In this document: piece by piece, positions 52,995 to 63,799 of the stretch | Layout of the letters: each line of letters opens with the position of its first letter | How positions within the stretch are numbered: position 1 is the stretch's first letter | Source of the DNA: Candidatus Bathyarchaeota archaeon | GTDB lineage: Archaea > Thermoproteota > Bathyarchaeia > Bathyarchaeales > Bathycorpusculaceae | Assembly (NCBI GenBank): GCA_963815095.1 | Contig: CAWFFH010000003.1 | Span: forward strand, 128,001-192,000 | DNA length: 64,000 bases | Direction: 5' to 3' | Translations under genes and position numbers: made by a program | Notes under the pieces: model-generated | Database searches by the model: none | Told to the model about the DNA's origin: nothing | Seen by the model: only the letters and a program-made list of their open reading frames with translations

Positions 52995-54401
52995 ATGGCA
53001 TCAAAAACTGGTTCAGGATTGGAATACAAAGGCGTTGCTTCAATTTCAGGACCAATCATAGTAGTAGAAAACGTTCAGAACGTAGGCTACGATGAATTGG
53101 TCGCGGTTAGAACTAAACAAGGCGAAATACGCCTAGGCAAAGTTATCCAAATCACCCAGAAAGCCGTCACAGTACAGGTATTCGAGGGCACGACTGGCTT
53201 ATCGCCATCAGAAACGCGCACACGTTTTCTCGGGCATTCTTTGGAGGTACCAGTATCCACAGAAATGCTTGGACGCGTTATGAACAGCTTCGGCGAACCC
53301 ATTGATGGTCATCCACGTTTCTTTACAGAAGAAAAACGTGATGTCAACGGCTTCCCTCTAAACCCAGTAGCCCGAGAGTATCCCAAAGAATTCATCCAAA
53401 CAGGCATATCTGCTATAGACGGATTAGCCAGTCTTGTCCGTGGACAGAAACTTCCAGTTTTCAGTGGTCCAGGTCTAGCTCATAATGAGCTTGCAGCCCA
53501 AATTGTTAGGCAAGCCCAAATTCGCAGTGGCGGAGAAGATTTCTCTATAGTTTTCATAGCTATGGGTTTGGAACATGACGATGCTGCCTTTTTCCGCAAA
53601 AGCTTCGAGGAGACAGGAGCCATAAAAAATGTTGCTATGTTCCTCAATTTAGCTGAAGACCCCCCGGTGGAACGCATTATTACTCCGAGGGCTGGCTTGA
53701 CTTTAGCCGAGTACTTGGCGTATGAGCAAGATACTCATGTACTAGTTCTCTTAACCGACATGACAAACTACTGTGAGGCTCTACGGGAAGTTAGTGCTTC
53801 AATGGAAGAAGTGCCCAGCAGAAAAGGTTACCCGGGTTATATGTACAGTGACTTAGCAAGCATATATGAGCGGGCAGGCAGAATTCACGGCAAAAAAGGC
53901 TCTATTACGCAGATGCCCATTTTAACTATGCCAAACGACGATATCACTCACCCAATTCCCGACCTTACTGGATACATTACGGAAGGGCAAATAGTTTTAT
54001 CCCGCTCACTCGAGAAACAAGGCATTTACCCCCCAATTTACGTGTCCACAAGTCTATCTCGACTAATGAAAGACGGAATTGGCAAAGACAGCACCCGAGA
54101 AGACCATGCCAACGTTGCAAGCCAACTTTATTCCGCATACGCCCAATACAACTCAGTAAAATCACTAGTAACTATCATCGGCGAGGAAGGTTTAGGTCAA
54201 AAAGACAGAGAATACTTGCGTTTTGGCGAAGCCTTCGAGAAAACACTTGTCAACCAAGGCAGGGAAGAAAACCGCACTATTGAACAGACACTTTCAATTG
54301 CTTGGGATGCGCTATCCTTGTTACCCGACGAAGAATTAACCAGCGTAAAGCCTGAGTACATAACAAAGTATTATCCAAAATTTGCGAGCGAGGTCAAGTA
54401 A
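52995..54401 (+). CDS. atpB: A/V-type ATP synthase subunit B
   Basis: [17 protein letters not shown] and [14 protein letters not shown]. Confidence 0.98.
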   Translation: MASKTGSGLEYKGVASISGPIIVVENVQNVGYDELVAVRTKQGEIRLGKVIQITQKAVTVQVFEGTTGLSPSETRTRFLGHSLEVPVSTEMLGRVMNSFGEPIDGHPRFFTEEKRDVNGFPLNPVAREYPKEFIQTGISAIDGLASLVRGQKLPVFSGPGLAHNELAAQIVRQAQIRSGGEDFSIVFIAMGLEHDDAAFFRKSFEETGAIKNVAMFLNLAEDPPVERIITPRAGLTLAEYLAYEQDTHVLVLLTDMTNYCEALREVSASMEEVPSRKGYPGYMYSDLASIYERAGRIHGKKGSITQMPILTMPNDDITHPIPDLTGYITEGQIVLSRSLEKQGIYPPIYVSTSLSRLMKDGIGKDSTREDHANVASQLYSAYAQYNSVKSLVTIIGEEGLGQKDREYLRFGEAFEKTLVNQGREENRTIEQTLSIAWDALSLLPDEELTSVKPEYITKYYPKFASEVK

Positions 54402-54406
54402 CAAAA

Positions 54407-55036
54407 TTGTCTGCTGAAAACATTAGTCCTACAAGGATAAACTTGATTCAAACAAAAAAGACTTTAAACTTGGCAGAATCTGGTCGCGAAGTTCTTGAAC
54501 GCAAACGTGACATACTACTGCGGGAATTAAGAAGCAGCATCTACGAAGCTGAGAGAGCCCGCGAGGAACTTCTGGATTCTCTTGCGAAGGCTTATCAAAG
54601 TTTAAGGGACGCAAATTTGGCTAAAGGTTCAGAGACCGTTGCCAATGTTGTTTTGGGGTCAAATACAAAAGCTAACTACCTTATCGATTACAAAAGCATC
54701 ATGGGTGTTGCCATTCCTTCTGTAGAATTTAAAGGCGAAGCTGAAGCAAAACCAGACTATGGTTTCGCGAACACAAGCGTAGAACTGGACAAAGCATTCA
54801 AACATTTTCAAAAAGTATTAAATTTAATCTCCGATTTAGCCAAAGCTGAAGGAGCAACATTTCAGATTGCAAATGATGTACGCAGGACCCAGCGGCGAGT
54901 TAACGCCTTAAACTATGTTCTTATTCCAAGATATCGTGATACCGCAAAAAGGATTGAATTGGTGCTTGAAGAAAAAGACCGAGAAGAATTTGTTAGGACT
55001 AAAATGATTAAACGTATAATTAAGGAGCGCAAATAG
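54407..55036 (+). CDS. atpD: A/V-type ATP synthase subunit D
   Basis: PTRINL and TQRRVNALNYVLIP. Confidence 0.95.
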   Translation: MSAENISPTRINLIQTKKTLNLAESGREVLERKRDILLRELRSSIYEAERAREELLDSLAKAYQSLRDANLAKGSETVANVVLGSNTKANYLIDYKSIMGVAIPSVEFKGEAEAKPDYGFANTSVELDKAFKHFQKVLNLISDLAKAEGATFQIANDVRRTQRRVNALNYVLIPRYRDTAKRIELVLEEKDREEFVRTKMIKRIIKERK

Positions 55037-55037
55037 C

Positions 55038-55481
55038 ATGAAATTTAGTTCTCAAACTATAAAAAAAATTCTGGTTCCAACCGATGGATCGGAATATAGC
55101 ATTCATGCGGCAGAATACGCCATAAGCATCGCGAAGACGCATGATGCACAAATAATGGTTTTGTATGTGTTAGATGAAGTTGTTATCGACCGATTTTCAA
55201 AAATGACCGAACGCGAAGATATCGAAAGAGAACTCAAAACCGACGGTCAAAAATACATCAATTATATTATAGGTTTAGCTGAGAAAGAAGGGGTTAAAGC
55301 AACTTCTTTGATCGCTAAGGGACGACCATTTGAGCAGATTGTGCATCTTTCTAATGGTTTAGAAATGGATTTAATCGTATTGGGGACTTATGGACGAAGA
55401 GGCGCGGAAAGAATTCTTATTGGCAGCGTAGCTGAACGCGTAATTGAATACGCTTATTGTCCTGTTCTAGTTGTCAAATGA
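55038..55481 (+). CDS. universal stress protein
   Basis: KILVPTDGS and LGTYG...IGSVAERV...PVLVVK. Confidence 0.93.
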   Translation: MKFSSQTIKKILVPTDGSEYSIHAAEYAISIAKTHDAQIMVLYVLDEVVIDRFSKMTEREDIERELKTDGQKYINYIIGLAEKEGVKATSLIAKGRPFEQIVHLSNGLEMDLIVLGTYGRRGAERILIGSVAERVIEYAYCPVLVVK

Positions 55482-55499
55482 GTTTGGAGTATCGACCCA

Positions 55500-55676
55500 T
55501 TGACGAATAAAGACAAGTTAGATGAAGACTTCAAAAAATTTAATCGGGATATTGAGTTGGCAACAGAAAAAGAATTGAATAGGATTCGCGAAGAAATCGA
55601 TGCACTAAAAGAAAAAGCCAATAAGCCGAGCGAAGAGCTCTTGAGCCCTTTTTCCAATGAAGAGAAAGAAAGCTAA
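55500..55676 (+). CDS. 58-aa charged coiled-coil microprotein within the ATP synthase cluster
   Basis: Manual, TTG start after GGAG: MTNKDKLDEDFKKFNRDIELATEKELNRIREEIDALKEKANKPSEELLSPFSNEEKES*. Confidence 0.55.
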   Translation: MTNKDKLDEDFKKFNRDIELATEKELNRIREEIDALKEKANKPSEELLSPFSNEEKES

Positions 55677-55728
55677 TTAAGAAAAAAGTTAATAGCTAAG
55701 CTTGTCGTGTCCAATGTCAATGGAGTGA

Positions 55729-56076
<348 letters not shown>

Positions 56077-56230
56077 GAAATAGCCAATTTCAAATCGAGA
56101 ATACTGGTTAAAACCAGCTTTTTCCTTTTTTAATTCATGTTAAAAACAGCCTCGAGTTTTCTTTGCAAAATCAGCTGCATTCAAGAAGCGTTAAATAATA
56201 CTTCTAAATTAAACAGCGGAAGGCGTCACG

Positions 56231-56536
56231 ATGGATAAATGGGCTGATTACCTAATCTCTGGCGTAAAAACTAACCCCGACCAGAAACACATCGATCTCA
56301 TAGAATGCCATTCAGACTTTGGCTGTGTAGTTTGCGAGAACCTCATCCTTTCAAGAACCGACCTTATTGTAAACATGAAGAAGGGCTGCACCTACGCAAC
56401 TGTTTTTAGAACTGCCATGGGCAAATGGCGCAAAGGACAACAAATAAATCTCATAAATGTAAACGGTGAAGAGTTTCTTCGCACTGACTCAAAAAACACT
56501 GCCAGCGACAACTTTGATGATGTTCCAGAGTTTTAG
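56231..56536 (+). CDS. DUF3892-like protein
   Basis: KWADYLIS...VNGEEFLRTD.N..SDN....PEF. Confidence 0.75.
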   Translation: MDKWADYLISGVKTNPDQKHIDLIECHSDFGCVVCENLILSRTDLIVNMKKGCTYATVFRTAMGKWRKGQQINLINVNGEEFLRTDSKNTASDNFDDVPEF

Positions 56537-56702
56537 GACTGAACTTCTTCAGGGTTTTCTTGATTGTCTATGTTTAGGTGAGGCGCTACGATTTTAGGGT
56601 TATGGGCATTTTGGCTTTGCTAAAATATTAGCCCGCGTTTTCCAAAAATCGTTTATGCTAACCCTTATAGGGCACCTGTGACTAGCCAGATAATGACGGA
56701 AC

Positions 56703-58061
56703 TTGTCTCGTTTAAAGGTTAACTTCTTTCGTTCTCGAAGTCTAATTATCATAATTTGTTTTTCACTATTCTTGATTGTTGCATCAGGTTTTCTTTCTAG
56801 TTCTGCGATTTCCAACGTCACGACAACAGCCCAATCTGGTTCGACAGGGGGACTTGTTGTGGTTGCGGATTTCAGCGTTCCTGTAGATCATGGGGCTTCA
56901 GCGTTTATGTCCCGTGTTGTAAGCACGGCGCAAAGCCAACATGCATCAGCTATCGTCATAGAAATGAATACGCCCGGCGGATTGTTAAGCGACATGATTT
57001 CGATTGTAGGTTCAATTACAACAGCCAATCAATCAGGCATCCCAGTCTACACATTCATCGTGCCTAACGGTTTAGGTGCGTCTGCTGGCAGCTACATTGC
57101 AATGGCAACTAACCAAATATTGATGGGGCCCGGCAGTGAGATTGGTCCAAGCACGCCTATTGTAGTTGGAGGGTCAGCACTTGAACAGAATCATACGCAA
57201 GCCGCGATGCTTGACTACATGACGAGTCTCGCGGAAAAATGGGGAAGAAACACTACAGCGATCTATGAGATGGTTCAATATGATCAAGCGTTCTCAGCGA
57301 ATGAAGCGGTTGAAGTTCACGTGGCAGATGGAACAGCAGATTCTTTTTCCGCAGCTCTGACCCAGTTTGGTTTGTCGAATAATCCTCAGGAAAAACTGAG
57401 CGAGAGCATTTATGAACAGATAATTAGCGCACTAAGCAATAGCATTCTTGACGGTATCCTTATTTTGTTGGGCGTTATCGCCATTGTACTTGATATTTAT
57501 CATCCGACCATCGTGTTAACAGTTGTAGGTGTAATAGCTATCGTTGCTGGGTTAATCGGCGCTGAAGTGATTGACGCATCAGTGCTGGGGCTCGTCATTT
57601 TGGTGCTTGCAGCCGCTTTAATTATTGTGGAATTGAAGCTAGGTCATGGTTTCGCCTTAATTGCAGGCGTAGTGCTGGGAGCATTCGGCATATATTACTT
57701 GTCGTTTGGTCTGCAATACTCGCCTTCTCCCATAACAGGGCTTGTAGAAATAGAGCTAAGCGTCCTTGTCGTTTTCGGCGTCATCATAGGGTTGTACATA
57801 CGATGGATAATTGGACCTCTAAGACGCCGCCGCAAACTAACGGGCTCAGAAACTATGATAGGAAAAATAGGTATAGCAGTCACGGACCTCAATCCAAAAG
57901 GAGAAGTTCGAGTTTTAGGAGAAATCTGGCGAGCTGAATCCTCTTCAGGAAATATTGTAAAAGGAGAACGAGTTAAGGTTAAAACCTTAAACGGACTTGT
58001 TGTTATCGTTGAAAAACCCCAAAATTTCGAAAGCAAAGATCAAACCGCTCCACCAACTTAA
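56703..58061 (+). CDS. nfeD: NfeD-family membrane-bound serine protease
   Basis: NTPGG, ASAGSYI, TM block and C-terminal OB fold (GEVRVLGEIWRA). Confidence 0.92.
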   Translation: MSRLKVNFFRSRSLIIIICFSLFLIVASGFLSSSAISNVTTTAQSGSTGGLVVVADFSVPVDHGASAFMSRVVSTAQSQHASAIVIEMNTPGGLLSDMISIVGSITTANQSGIPVYTFIVPNGLGASAGSYIAMATNQILMGPGSEIGPSTPIVVGGSALEQNHTQAAMLDYMTSLAEKWGRNTTAIYEMVQYDQAFSANEAVEVHVADGTADSFSAALTQFGLSNNPQEKLSESIYEQIISALSNSILDGILILLGVIAIVLDIYHPTIVLTVVGVIAIVAGLIGAEVIDASVLGLVILVLAAALIIVELKLGHGFALIAGVVLGAFGIYYLSFGLQYSPSPITGLVEIELSVLVVFGVIIGLYIRWIIGPLRRRRKLTGSETMIGKIGIAVTDLNPKGEVRVLGEIWRAESSSGNIVKGERVKVKTLNGLVVIVEKPQNFESKDQTAPPT

Positions 58062-58267
58062 AAGCTCAATTTTCACTTTTATATTGCTAAGTAATGAGTG
58101 TTTTTAGCCCTTAGTCGGCTGTTACATTTGCTATGCTACAACATAGCCTTAATAGCCGTTTTCAAGTTAAGATACTACCGGTGCTTTTTTGCCAATATCC
58201 ATTCACGAATTTATCAAAAATAGATTCACAGTTACAATTAGTTTAGGAGTGGCTTAAATTAACTGAC

Positions 58268-59497
58268 GTGACATATAACCCACCTCTTCCGCTATCCTCT
58301 AATGTCAACTGGGTAGGAGTCAACGACACAGAAACACCACTTTTTGAAGGGCTCTGGCGCATCCCAGAGGGTGTCTCCTACAACTCTTACTTAGTTGTAG
58401 GTTCAGAAAAAACTGCCCTGATTGATTCCGTCCACGAAAAGAACACCCTTGAACACTTTAACAAAATTAGCAAACTAACAGATCTCTCAAAAATTGACTA
58501 TATAGTCATTAACCACATGGAGCCTGACCACACGGGTTCTATTCCTGCGCTTCTCAAGAAAGCACCCAACGCAAAAGTGGTTTTCACACCCATTGCCCAG
58601 ATGATATTCAAAAAATTTTATGGTTTCGATCCAGCCGCAGTCATTGTAAAAGACGATTCTACGGAAATTTCCTTAGGAAACAAAACGTTGAGATTTATTC
58701 AAACGCCCTGGCTTCATTGGCCAGAAACCATGAGCACATACCTTGTGGAAGACAATATCTTGTTTTGCTGCGACACTTTTGGCTCTTTTAAAAAGCTGCC
58801 ACCGGGCGCTATATTAGAATCCAACATAGACCTGATTAAGCAGAATGTTTGTCTTTGCTCACAAAAGTACTTTGCCTCAGTCTTCAATGGGCAGCGTGAA
58901 TGGATACTTAAAGCCATAGAAAAATTTGACACTATGAACCTTAAAATTGACATTTTGGCTCCTAGCCACGGTCCAGTCTTCAATAAGAGCCCTAACCAGA
59001 CAATAAGTAACTGGTCTTCATGGAGCAAAGGTAAGTACACAAAAACTGTGGTAGTAGCATACGATACCATGTATGGAATGACTGCAAATTGCTTAAATGA
59101 AATTACTGAAGGCGTTAAAGAATCAGGAGGGAGGGTTTTAAGTTTCAATCTTTCAGAAGACACCGCTGTCGATGCATTAACTGCCTTGGTGGAAGCTCCA
59201 GCATTAATCGTCGGTTCCCCCACATATGAGCACGAGATATTTCCAAAGGTCGTTGATTTTATAAATCTGCTTAAAACCAAGAAGTTTTCAAACAGATGTA
59301 CCGGCGTTTTTGGAAGTTTCGGCTGGAGCGGGGAAGCCACTCGAAAATTGTCAGTTGAGCTAACTGCTTTGGGTTTCGAGATGGTAGGAAACCCGCTTTC
59401 TTTCTTCGGAAATCCAACGAAAGAAGACCTTGAAAAGTCCAGAAATCTTGGCAAAACAGTAGCGGAAAAAGCTTTTTCCAAATATGGCGCGGTTTAA
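58268..59497 (+). CDS. fprA: FprA-family flavodiiron protein
   Basis: SYNSYL, NHMEPDH, LHWPE, CDTFG, PSHGP and flavodoxin domain (GSPT, GSFGWSG). Confidence 0.95.
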   Translation: MTYNPPLPLSSNVNWVGVNDTETPLFEGLWRIPEGVSYNSYLVVGSEKTALIDSVHEKNTLEHFNKISKLTDLSKIDYIVINHMEPDHTGSIPALLKKAPNAKVVFTPIAQMIFKKFYGFDPAAVIVKDDSTEISLGNKTLRFIQTPWLHWPETMSTYLVEDNILFCCDTFGSFKKLPPGAILESNIDLIKQNVCLCSQKYFASVFNGQREWILKAIEKFDTMNLKIDILAPSHGPVFNKSPNQTISNWSSWSKGKYTKTVVVAYDTMYGMTANCLNEITEGVKESGGRVLSFNLSEDTAVDALTALVEAPALIVGSPTYEHEIFPKVVDFINLLKTKKFSNRCTGVFGSFGWSGEATRKLSVELTALGFEMVGNPLSFFGNPTKEDLEKSRNLGKTVAEKAFSKYGAV

Positions 59498-59674
59498 TAT
59501 GAGCACTAATTGTTATCGCAATTAAGGTTGAAAAAGTAAAGTACCCAAAGAACCAATTTGCTTTTTCAATTAAAACACCATTGTTAACGCCTATTTTAAC
59601 CCAAACAAACTGGATTACTTGGGTCAAATTTAAATTCTACTCCTTCATAAGGCACATAACAAACGGTAGTATCT

Positions 59675-60844
59675 ATGAGACGGATTCCAACGCAGCTCTT
59701 CGGTCCAGTTTGTAAAAACCCCCAGCTCTTAATGAGCTTTGCACGAGGTGGATATAGACAATTTGTAAAAACCAAAATGGATTATCGAAACGACGATGGA
59801 AGGAGCTCGTCTCTTTGGCTACTAAGTCTAAGAATCACACATCGATGCAACCATAGATGCGCAATCTGTGCACAATGGGGAAAAAACGGTTACAATGCAA
59901 GGGAAGATACACCAAAAGTCACAGGTGAAGTTCCCGTTGAAACCTACATGAAAGTTATAGATGAAGTTGCCCAAAAGAAAGTTCACGTTTACATAACAGG
60001 AGGAGAACCTTTCCTCTATGAACCACTGGTTCCCCTAGTTAATTACATGAAAGAAAAAAAATTAACAGTACAGATAGTTACAAACGGGGTTGGCTTGGAA
60101 AAAAATGCTCAAACTATAGTCGATAATGGCTGGGATATGATTTGCGTTTCTTTTGATGGACCAAAAGAAGTTCATGACAAGTGTAGGGGCACCCCGGGAG
60201 CTCTCGAAACCGCGACCCGTGGAATAAGAGCAATCCAAAAAATCAAGAAAGAGAAAAAAACAAACAAACCAGGCATTTACGTTTTAACAACAATCTCACA
60301 GAACAACGAATCAACTTTATTTGAAACTGTGCAAGAAGCAGAAAAAATAAAGCCTGACGGAATGATAATTTATTATTCGTGGTTCACCAAAGAAGTCATA
60401 GGACAAAAACACACCAAACTAGCTGAAGAAAAATTAGGCATAACACCTTTTGCCTGGAAAGGTTACGTGCGAGATACTTCAGTGCTGAATGTGGAAAATA
60501 TCGCTGAACAAGTAAAGAGAATAAAAGCTGGAAAATTTAAAACCCCCATCCTGTTTGTCCCTGACCTCAAACCTGAAGAGATCCAAACATATTATGCTGA
60601 GCCTGAAAACTTTTTTGGGTACAAAAAATGTATTTCCCCTTGGTTCCAATTAGATGTTATGCCAAACGGAGACACAGTTACTTGCAGAGATTTTCCGGAC
60701 TTTGTTACGGGAAACATTAAGGAAACAAGTATCCTTGAAATCTACAATGGCGAAAAACATCGCCAATTCAGACGCGCCCTGAAAAGCTGTGACAACGGAG
60801 TTTTTCCAATTTGCTCTCGATGCTGCGGTTTAATGGGGTACTAA
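59675..60844 (+). CDS. radical SAM protein with SPASM/Twitch-like C-terminus
   Basis: CNHRCAIC, TGGEPF, CISPW...TC...GNI...CSRCCG. Confidence 0.92.
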   Translation: MRRIPTQLFGPVCKNPQLLMSFARGGYRQFVKTKMDYRNDDGRSSSLWLLSLRITHRCNHRCAICAQWGKNGYNAREDTPKVTGEVPVETYMKVIDEVAQKKVHVYITGGEPFLYEPLVPLVNYMKEKKLTVQIVTNGVGLEKNAQTIVDNGWDMICVSFDGPKEVHDKCRGTPGALETATRGIRAIQKIKKEKKTNKPGIYVLTTISQNNESTLFETVQEAEKIKPDGMIIYYSWFTKEVIGQKHTKLAEEKLGITPFAWKGYVRDTSVLNVENIAEQVKRIKAGKFKTPILFVPDLKPEEIQTYYAEPENFFGYKKCISPWFQLDVMPNGDTVTCRDFPDFVTGNIKETSILEIYNGEKHRQFRRALKSCDNGVFPICSRCCGLMGY

Positions 60845-60877
60845 GAATGGCTTTTCTCTGAAAGGAGTAGAACACAT

Positions 60878-61714
60878 TTGATAGAGCAGCAGCGAATTCA
60901 GCAAAAAGACGCCCAAAAGAAAACAAAACAGGCTAACTCGTCAACAATTGAATCCGTTGACGTTGCTATCCTCACCATGAACAGCGAAAGAATGCTAAGA
61001 GAATGCATAAATTCTGTTTATCAGAACATCCCAGTTAAGAATTTGATCGTTGTTGACGGCTTCTCAACTGACGCTACAGTAGACATAATAAAGGAGTTCC
61101 AAGAAAAATACGGAAACGTTAATTTTGTTCAAGAAAAAGGAACCAGAGGCAGCGCCAGACAAACGGCTATTCAAATGGTAAAAAGCGACTGGTTCGTGTT
61201 TGTTGATAGCGACGTGATTTTGTCGAAGAACTGGTTTTCTGAGGCAAAAAAACTGATAAAAGACGATGTAGGCGCAGTTTGGGGGATTGAAATTTGGTCA
61301 GTTTTGAGAGGATGGAAAGTCCTAAGTCTTTTCGAGAGAGTTACTCTAAAAATATTTGAAAAACGGGGCGGAACACACGATACGCTTATTCGGCGGACAA
61401 CGGTTGAAGACATCAAAATACCCTTTTCGTTACATACTTACGAGGATGGTTACATTAAAGATTGTATAGAGAAGAAAGGCTACAAGGTATTGGGCGTCTA
61501 CGAACCCTACTGCATCCATTTTCGACCTGAAGAAGTATGGACATTGCAAAAACATATTGAATTCATGGTCAGCGACCTAAAATATGCTGTTCACCGCCCT
61601 ATACTGCTGCTTTCATATGCCTTCTATTCAGCAATAGTTGGTTACCAGATTTTAGCAAGCAAACCCAAAAGCTCAAACGGCAATTCTCAAAAGAGACAAT
61701 TACAAAAAGCCTGA
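60878..61714 (+). CDS. glycosyltransferase family 2
   Basis: VVDGFSTDAT and FVDSD (DxD). Confidence 0.92.
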   Translation: MIEQQRIQQKDAQKKTKQANSSTIESVDVAILTMNSERMLRECINSVYQNIPVKNLIVVDGFSTDATVDIIKEFQEKYGNVNFVQEKGTRGSARQTAIQMVKSDWFVFVDSDVILSKNWFSEAKKLIKDDVGAVWGIEIWSVLRGWKVLSLFERVTLKIFEKRGGTHDTLIRRTTVEDIKIPFSLHTYEDGYIKDCIEKKGYKVLGVYEPYCIHFRPEEVWTLQKHIEFMVSDLKYAVHRPILLLSYAFYSAIVGYQILASKPKSSNGNSQKRQLQKA

Positions 61715-61751
61715 TTCTTCATTTAGACTTTCATTATAGCGCAAAATCAGT

Positions 61752-61868
61752 TTATCTTTTAACGCATTTACCCGAGGCAGGGTCATAGTGGTTGCTTTTG
61801 GAGTAATCACAGTTTTTACAGTCGTCTTTTATATCCTGTCCAAATGGACAACCTTTCAAGTCCGCCAT
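61752..61868 (-). CDS. 38-aa four-Cys micropeptide
   Basis: Manual: MADLKGCPFGQDIKDDCKNCDYSKSNHYDPASGKCVKR*; TATA-like TTTATATA about 40 nt upstream. Confidence 0.55.
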   Translation of the reverse strand: MADLKGCPFGQDIKDDCKNCDYSKSNHYDPASGKCVKR

Positions 61869-62198
61869 TCAATTAGCCCCGTTTTTGTTTATTTATGTTA
61901 AATTGATATATAAATTGAACCCCGAAAGCCAGTTTTCCATTGCACAACTCGGCATATTAGTAGTGCAGACGCATGGCCCACGACCTGAAGTTCTAGCTCC
62001 AACTATCCAATTCAACTTTAAGATATTATTACAACAAACTAATTAGTAGAACAACAAAAGTTGCTGAAATTATTGTGTTATTGTTCTTGTAACGATTAAA
62101 AGAAGAAGAAAATTGGAAAATTTGCACTTCTTCTTCTACAGTTAACGGCTGCATCTGACCTAACCCACCCCAAAACTATGCCAAACACTAACAAGTAG

Positions 62199-62271
62199 TA
62201 GCCCGGGAGAGATTCGAACTCTCGTCAAGGACTCCAGAGGCCCCTATGCTTGACCACTACACCACCGGGCT
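62199..62271 (-). tRNA. tRNA-Gln(CUG)
   Basis: AGCCCGG...GGGGC-CT-CTG-GA-GTCCT...GAGAG-TTCGAAT-CTCTC-CCGGGCT-A; A1-U72 pair; no intron; CCA not encoded. Confidence 0.97.
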
Positions 62272-62309
62272 ATAGACTTCCAAACTAAACAGGGTTCCAA
62301 TTATTAACT

Positions 62310-62525
62310 TTAACTTTCCGCCGACTCAGCTGCTTTCTTCTTAGCTTCTCGTACACAGTAGCATTCTTGGCTAACCTTGTTATATTCGTCACAGTACCAG
62401 AGCGTATCCACAATTGGGCTTTTATTTTGCCAGTAGCGAGTAGAGCAAAAAACTTTGGAGGGGTATTCGTAGCAATTGTGGCTGTCGCAGTTGCCACAGT
62501 ATTTTTCTTCATTGTTGTTTTCCAT
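62310..62525 (-). CDS. small Cys-rich protein
   Basis: MENNNEEKYCGNCDSHNC...FC...YC...ECYC (7 Cys); starts right after the DHS stop. Confidence 0.75.
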   Translation of the reverse strand: MENNNEEKYCGNCDSHNCYEYPSKVFCSTRYWQNKSPIVDTLWYCDEYNKVSQECYCVREAKKKAAESAES

Positions 62526-62526
62526 A

Positions 62527-63549
62527 TTAGTTTCCTTTTCCTGCACGTTTTTCTCGTTGCAAAAATGAGTCTCTCTTAAAATCTTTGCCCAGCCGCTCAG
62601 TAGCGGATGCCACAAGAAACGGAAAAACCATCAATGCTTCTCCGATAACCATCACGTGATCGGCTGAACCTTTCATTTTTCCCCAACTCACAGTCTCCTC
62701 GAGTGTTGAACCCGACAAACCGCCTGTTTCAGGACGATCCAAAGTAATAACGACCGCGTAGTCTAAGCCTTTTTTGGATGCGAGCGCTGAGGATTGGATG
62801 GTGTTACGTGGGACGCCTCCGCCAATTACTATCATCCCGTTTTTGGGTGATCTAGCACAGATGCCACAGACTGTAGGAACATCTTTAAAGGCATCGACGT
62901 GAAGCACATTTTTCTGGTCTTTTTGCGACGCATGGAGCCAATGGATAAAGCCGAATTCTGAGTCGCGGACAGCTGGAAGGAAAATTGGGACGTTCTCTTC
63001 ATAGGCAGCACGTAAGATCGAGTTTTCATCGGTTAACCGTTTGCCCAATTCATAGGTAAACTCGTCTGAAGCTAAACTCTCACCTTTACGTTCCTTGGCG
63101 ATATCAGCATACATTTCAGAGAGTTTGAAATCCAATCTTACATAGTCTTCTTCGGGAACAAAAATGTCGTAAATTCTAAAAAGATGGAATTTGTAAAGTT
63201 CAGTGTCGTTTACTGCCCAACCACCTTTGTAGTGGTGACCGCCGACAGCTTCTATAGCATCGTGGACCATGCAGGCGCCTGTGCTTACAATTACATCTAC
63301 AAGATGATTTCGGATTAAATCAGTGACTAAAGTGCGCATACCTGCAGGAACCACAGCACCCGACAAGGCCAAGAAAACGGTGCAGTCTTTTTCTCTGAGC
63401 ATTTTCTCGTAAATGTCACATGCAGCTGATAACCTCCCAGCACCGAGAGAACCCGAATTTTTGAACTGTTGCATTAGCTGATCAACGGTTAAGGTGCCAT
63501 TTATTTTAATGTGGTTTACGGGTTCTTTGAGGTAATCTTTGCGGTCCAT
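62527..63549 (-). CDS. dys: deoxyhypusine synthase
   Basis: IGGGVPRN and GGLSGST.EETVSWGK (catalytic Lys); probable start MDRKDY at 63549. Confidence 0.93.
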   Translation of the reverse strand: MDRKDYLKEPVNHIKINGTLTVDQLMQQFKNSGSLGAGRLSAACDIYEKMLREKDCTVFLALSGAVVPAGMRTLVTDLIRNHLVDVIVSTGACMVHDAIEAVGGHHYKGGWAVNDTELYKFHLFRIYDIFVPEEDYVRLDFKLSEMYADIAKERKGESLASDEFTYELGKRLTDENSILRAAYEENVPIFLPAVRDSEFGFIHWLHASQKDQKNVLHVDAFKDVPTVCGICARSPKNGMIVIGGGVPRNTIQSSALASKKGLDYAVVITLDRPETGGLSGSTLEETVSWGKMKGSADHVMVIGEALMVFPFLVASATERLGKDFKRDSFLQREKRAGKGN

Positions 63550-63799
63550 CCAAATACGCCTAAAGGAAGTTATTGAGAGGACTATGGAAATAGGTTTCGA
63601 TTTGAAAGTGATAATTCTAAGGAAAAAGAAGGGTTTCAAATAGAGTTCATTGCAGAAAAGATAGGGGTGTAGATCGCTAATAGCGAGTTCAAGCTGGATA
63701 TAGACATATTGGATATAAAATGCAAATAGCACTTAAAGAATGGTTGCTTAAAAATTAAAATAAAAAAAGAAAAGGGTTGATTTTTGTTTTGTGTCGTTT

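Noticed and set aside
58714-59481. 255-aa antisense ORF
   Set aside because: Fully antisense to the well-supported fprA; no motifs.
62199-62271. tRNA-Gln as an integration site
   Set aside because: No duplicated tRNA end or integrase was seen in the window.
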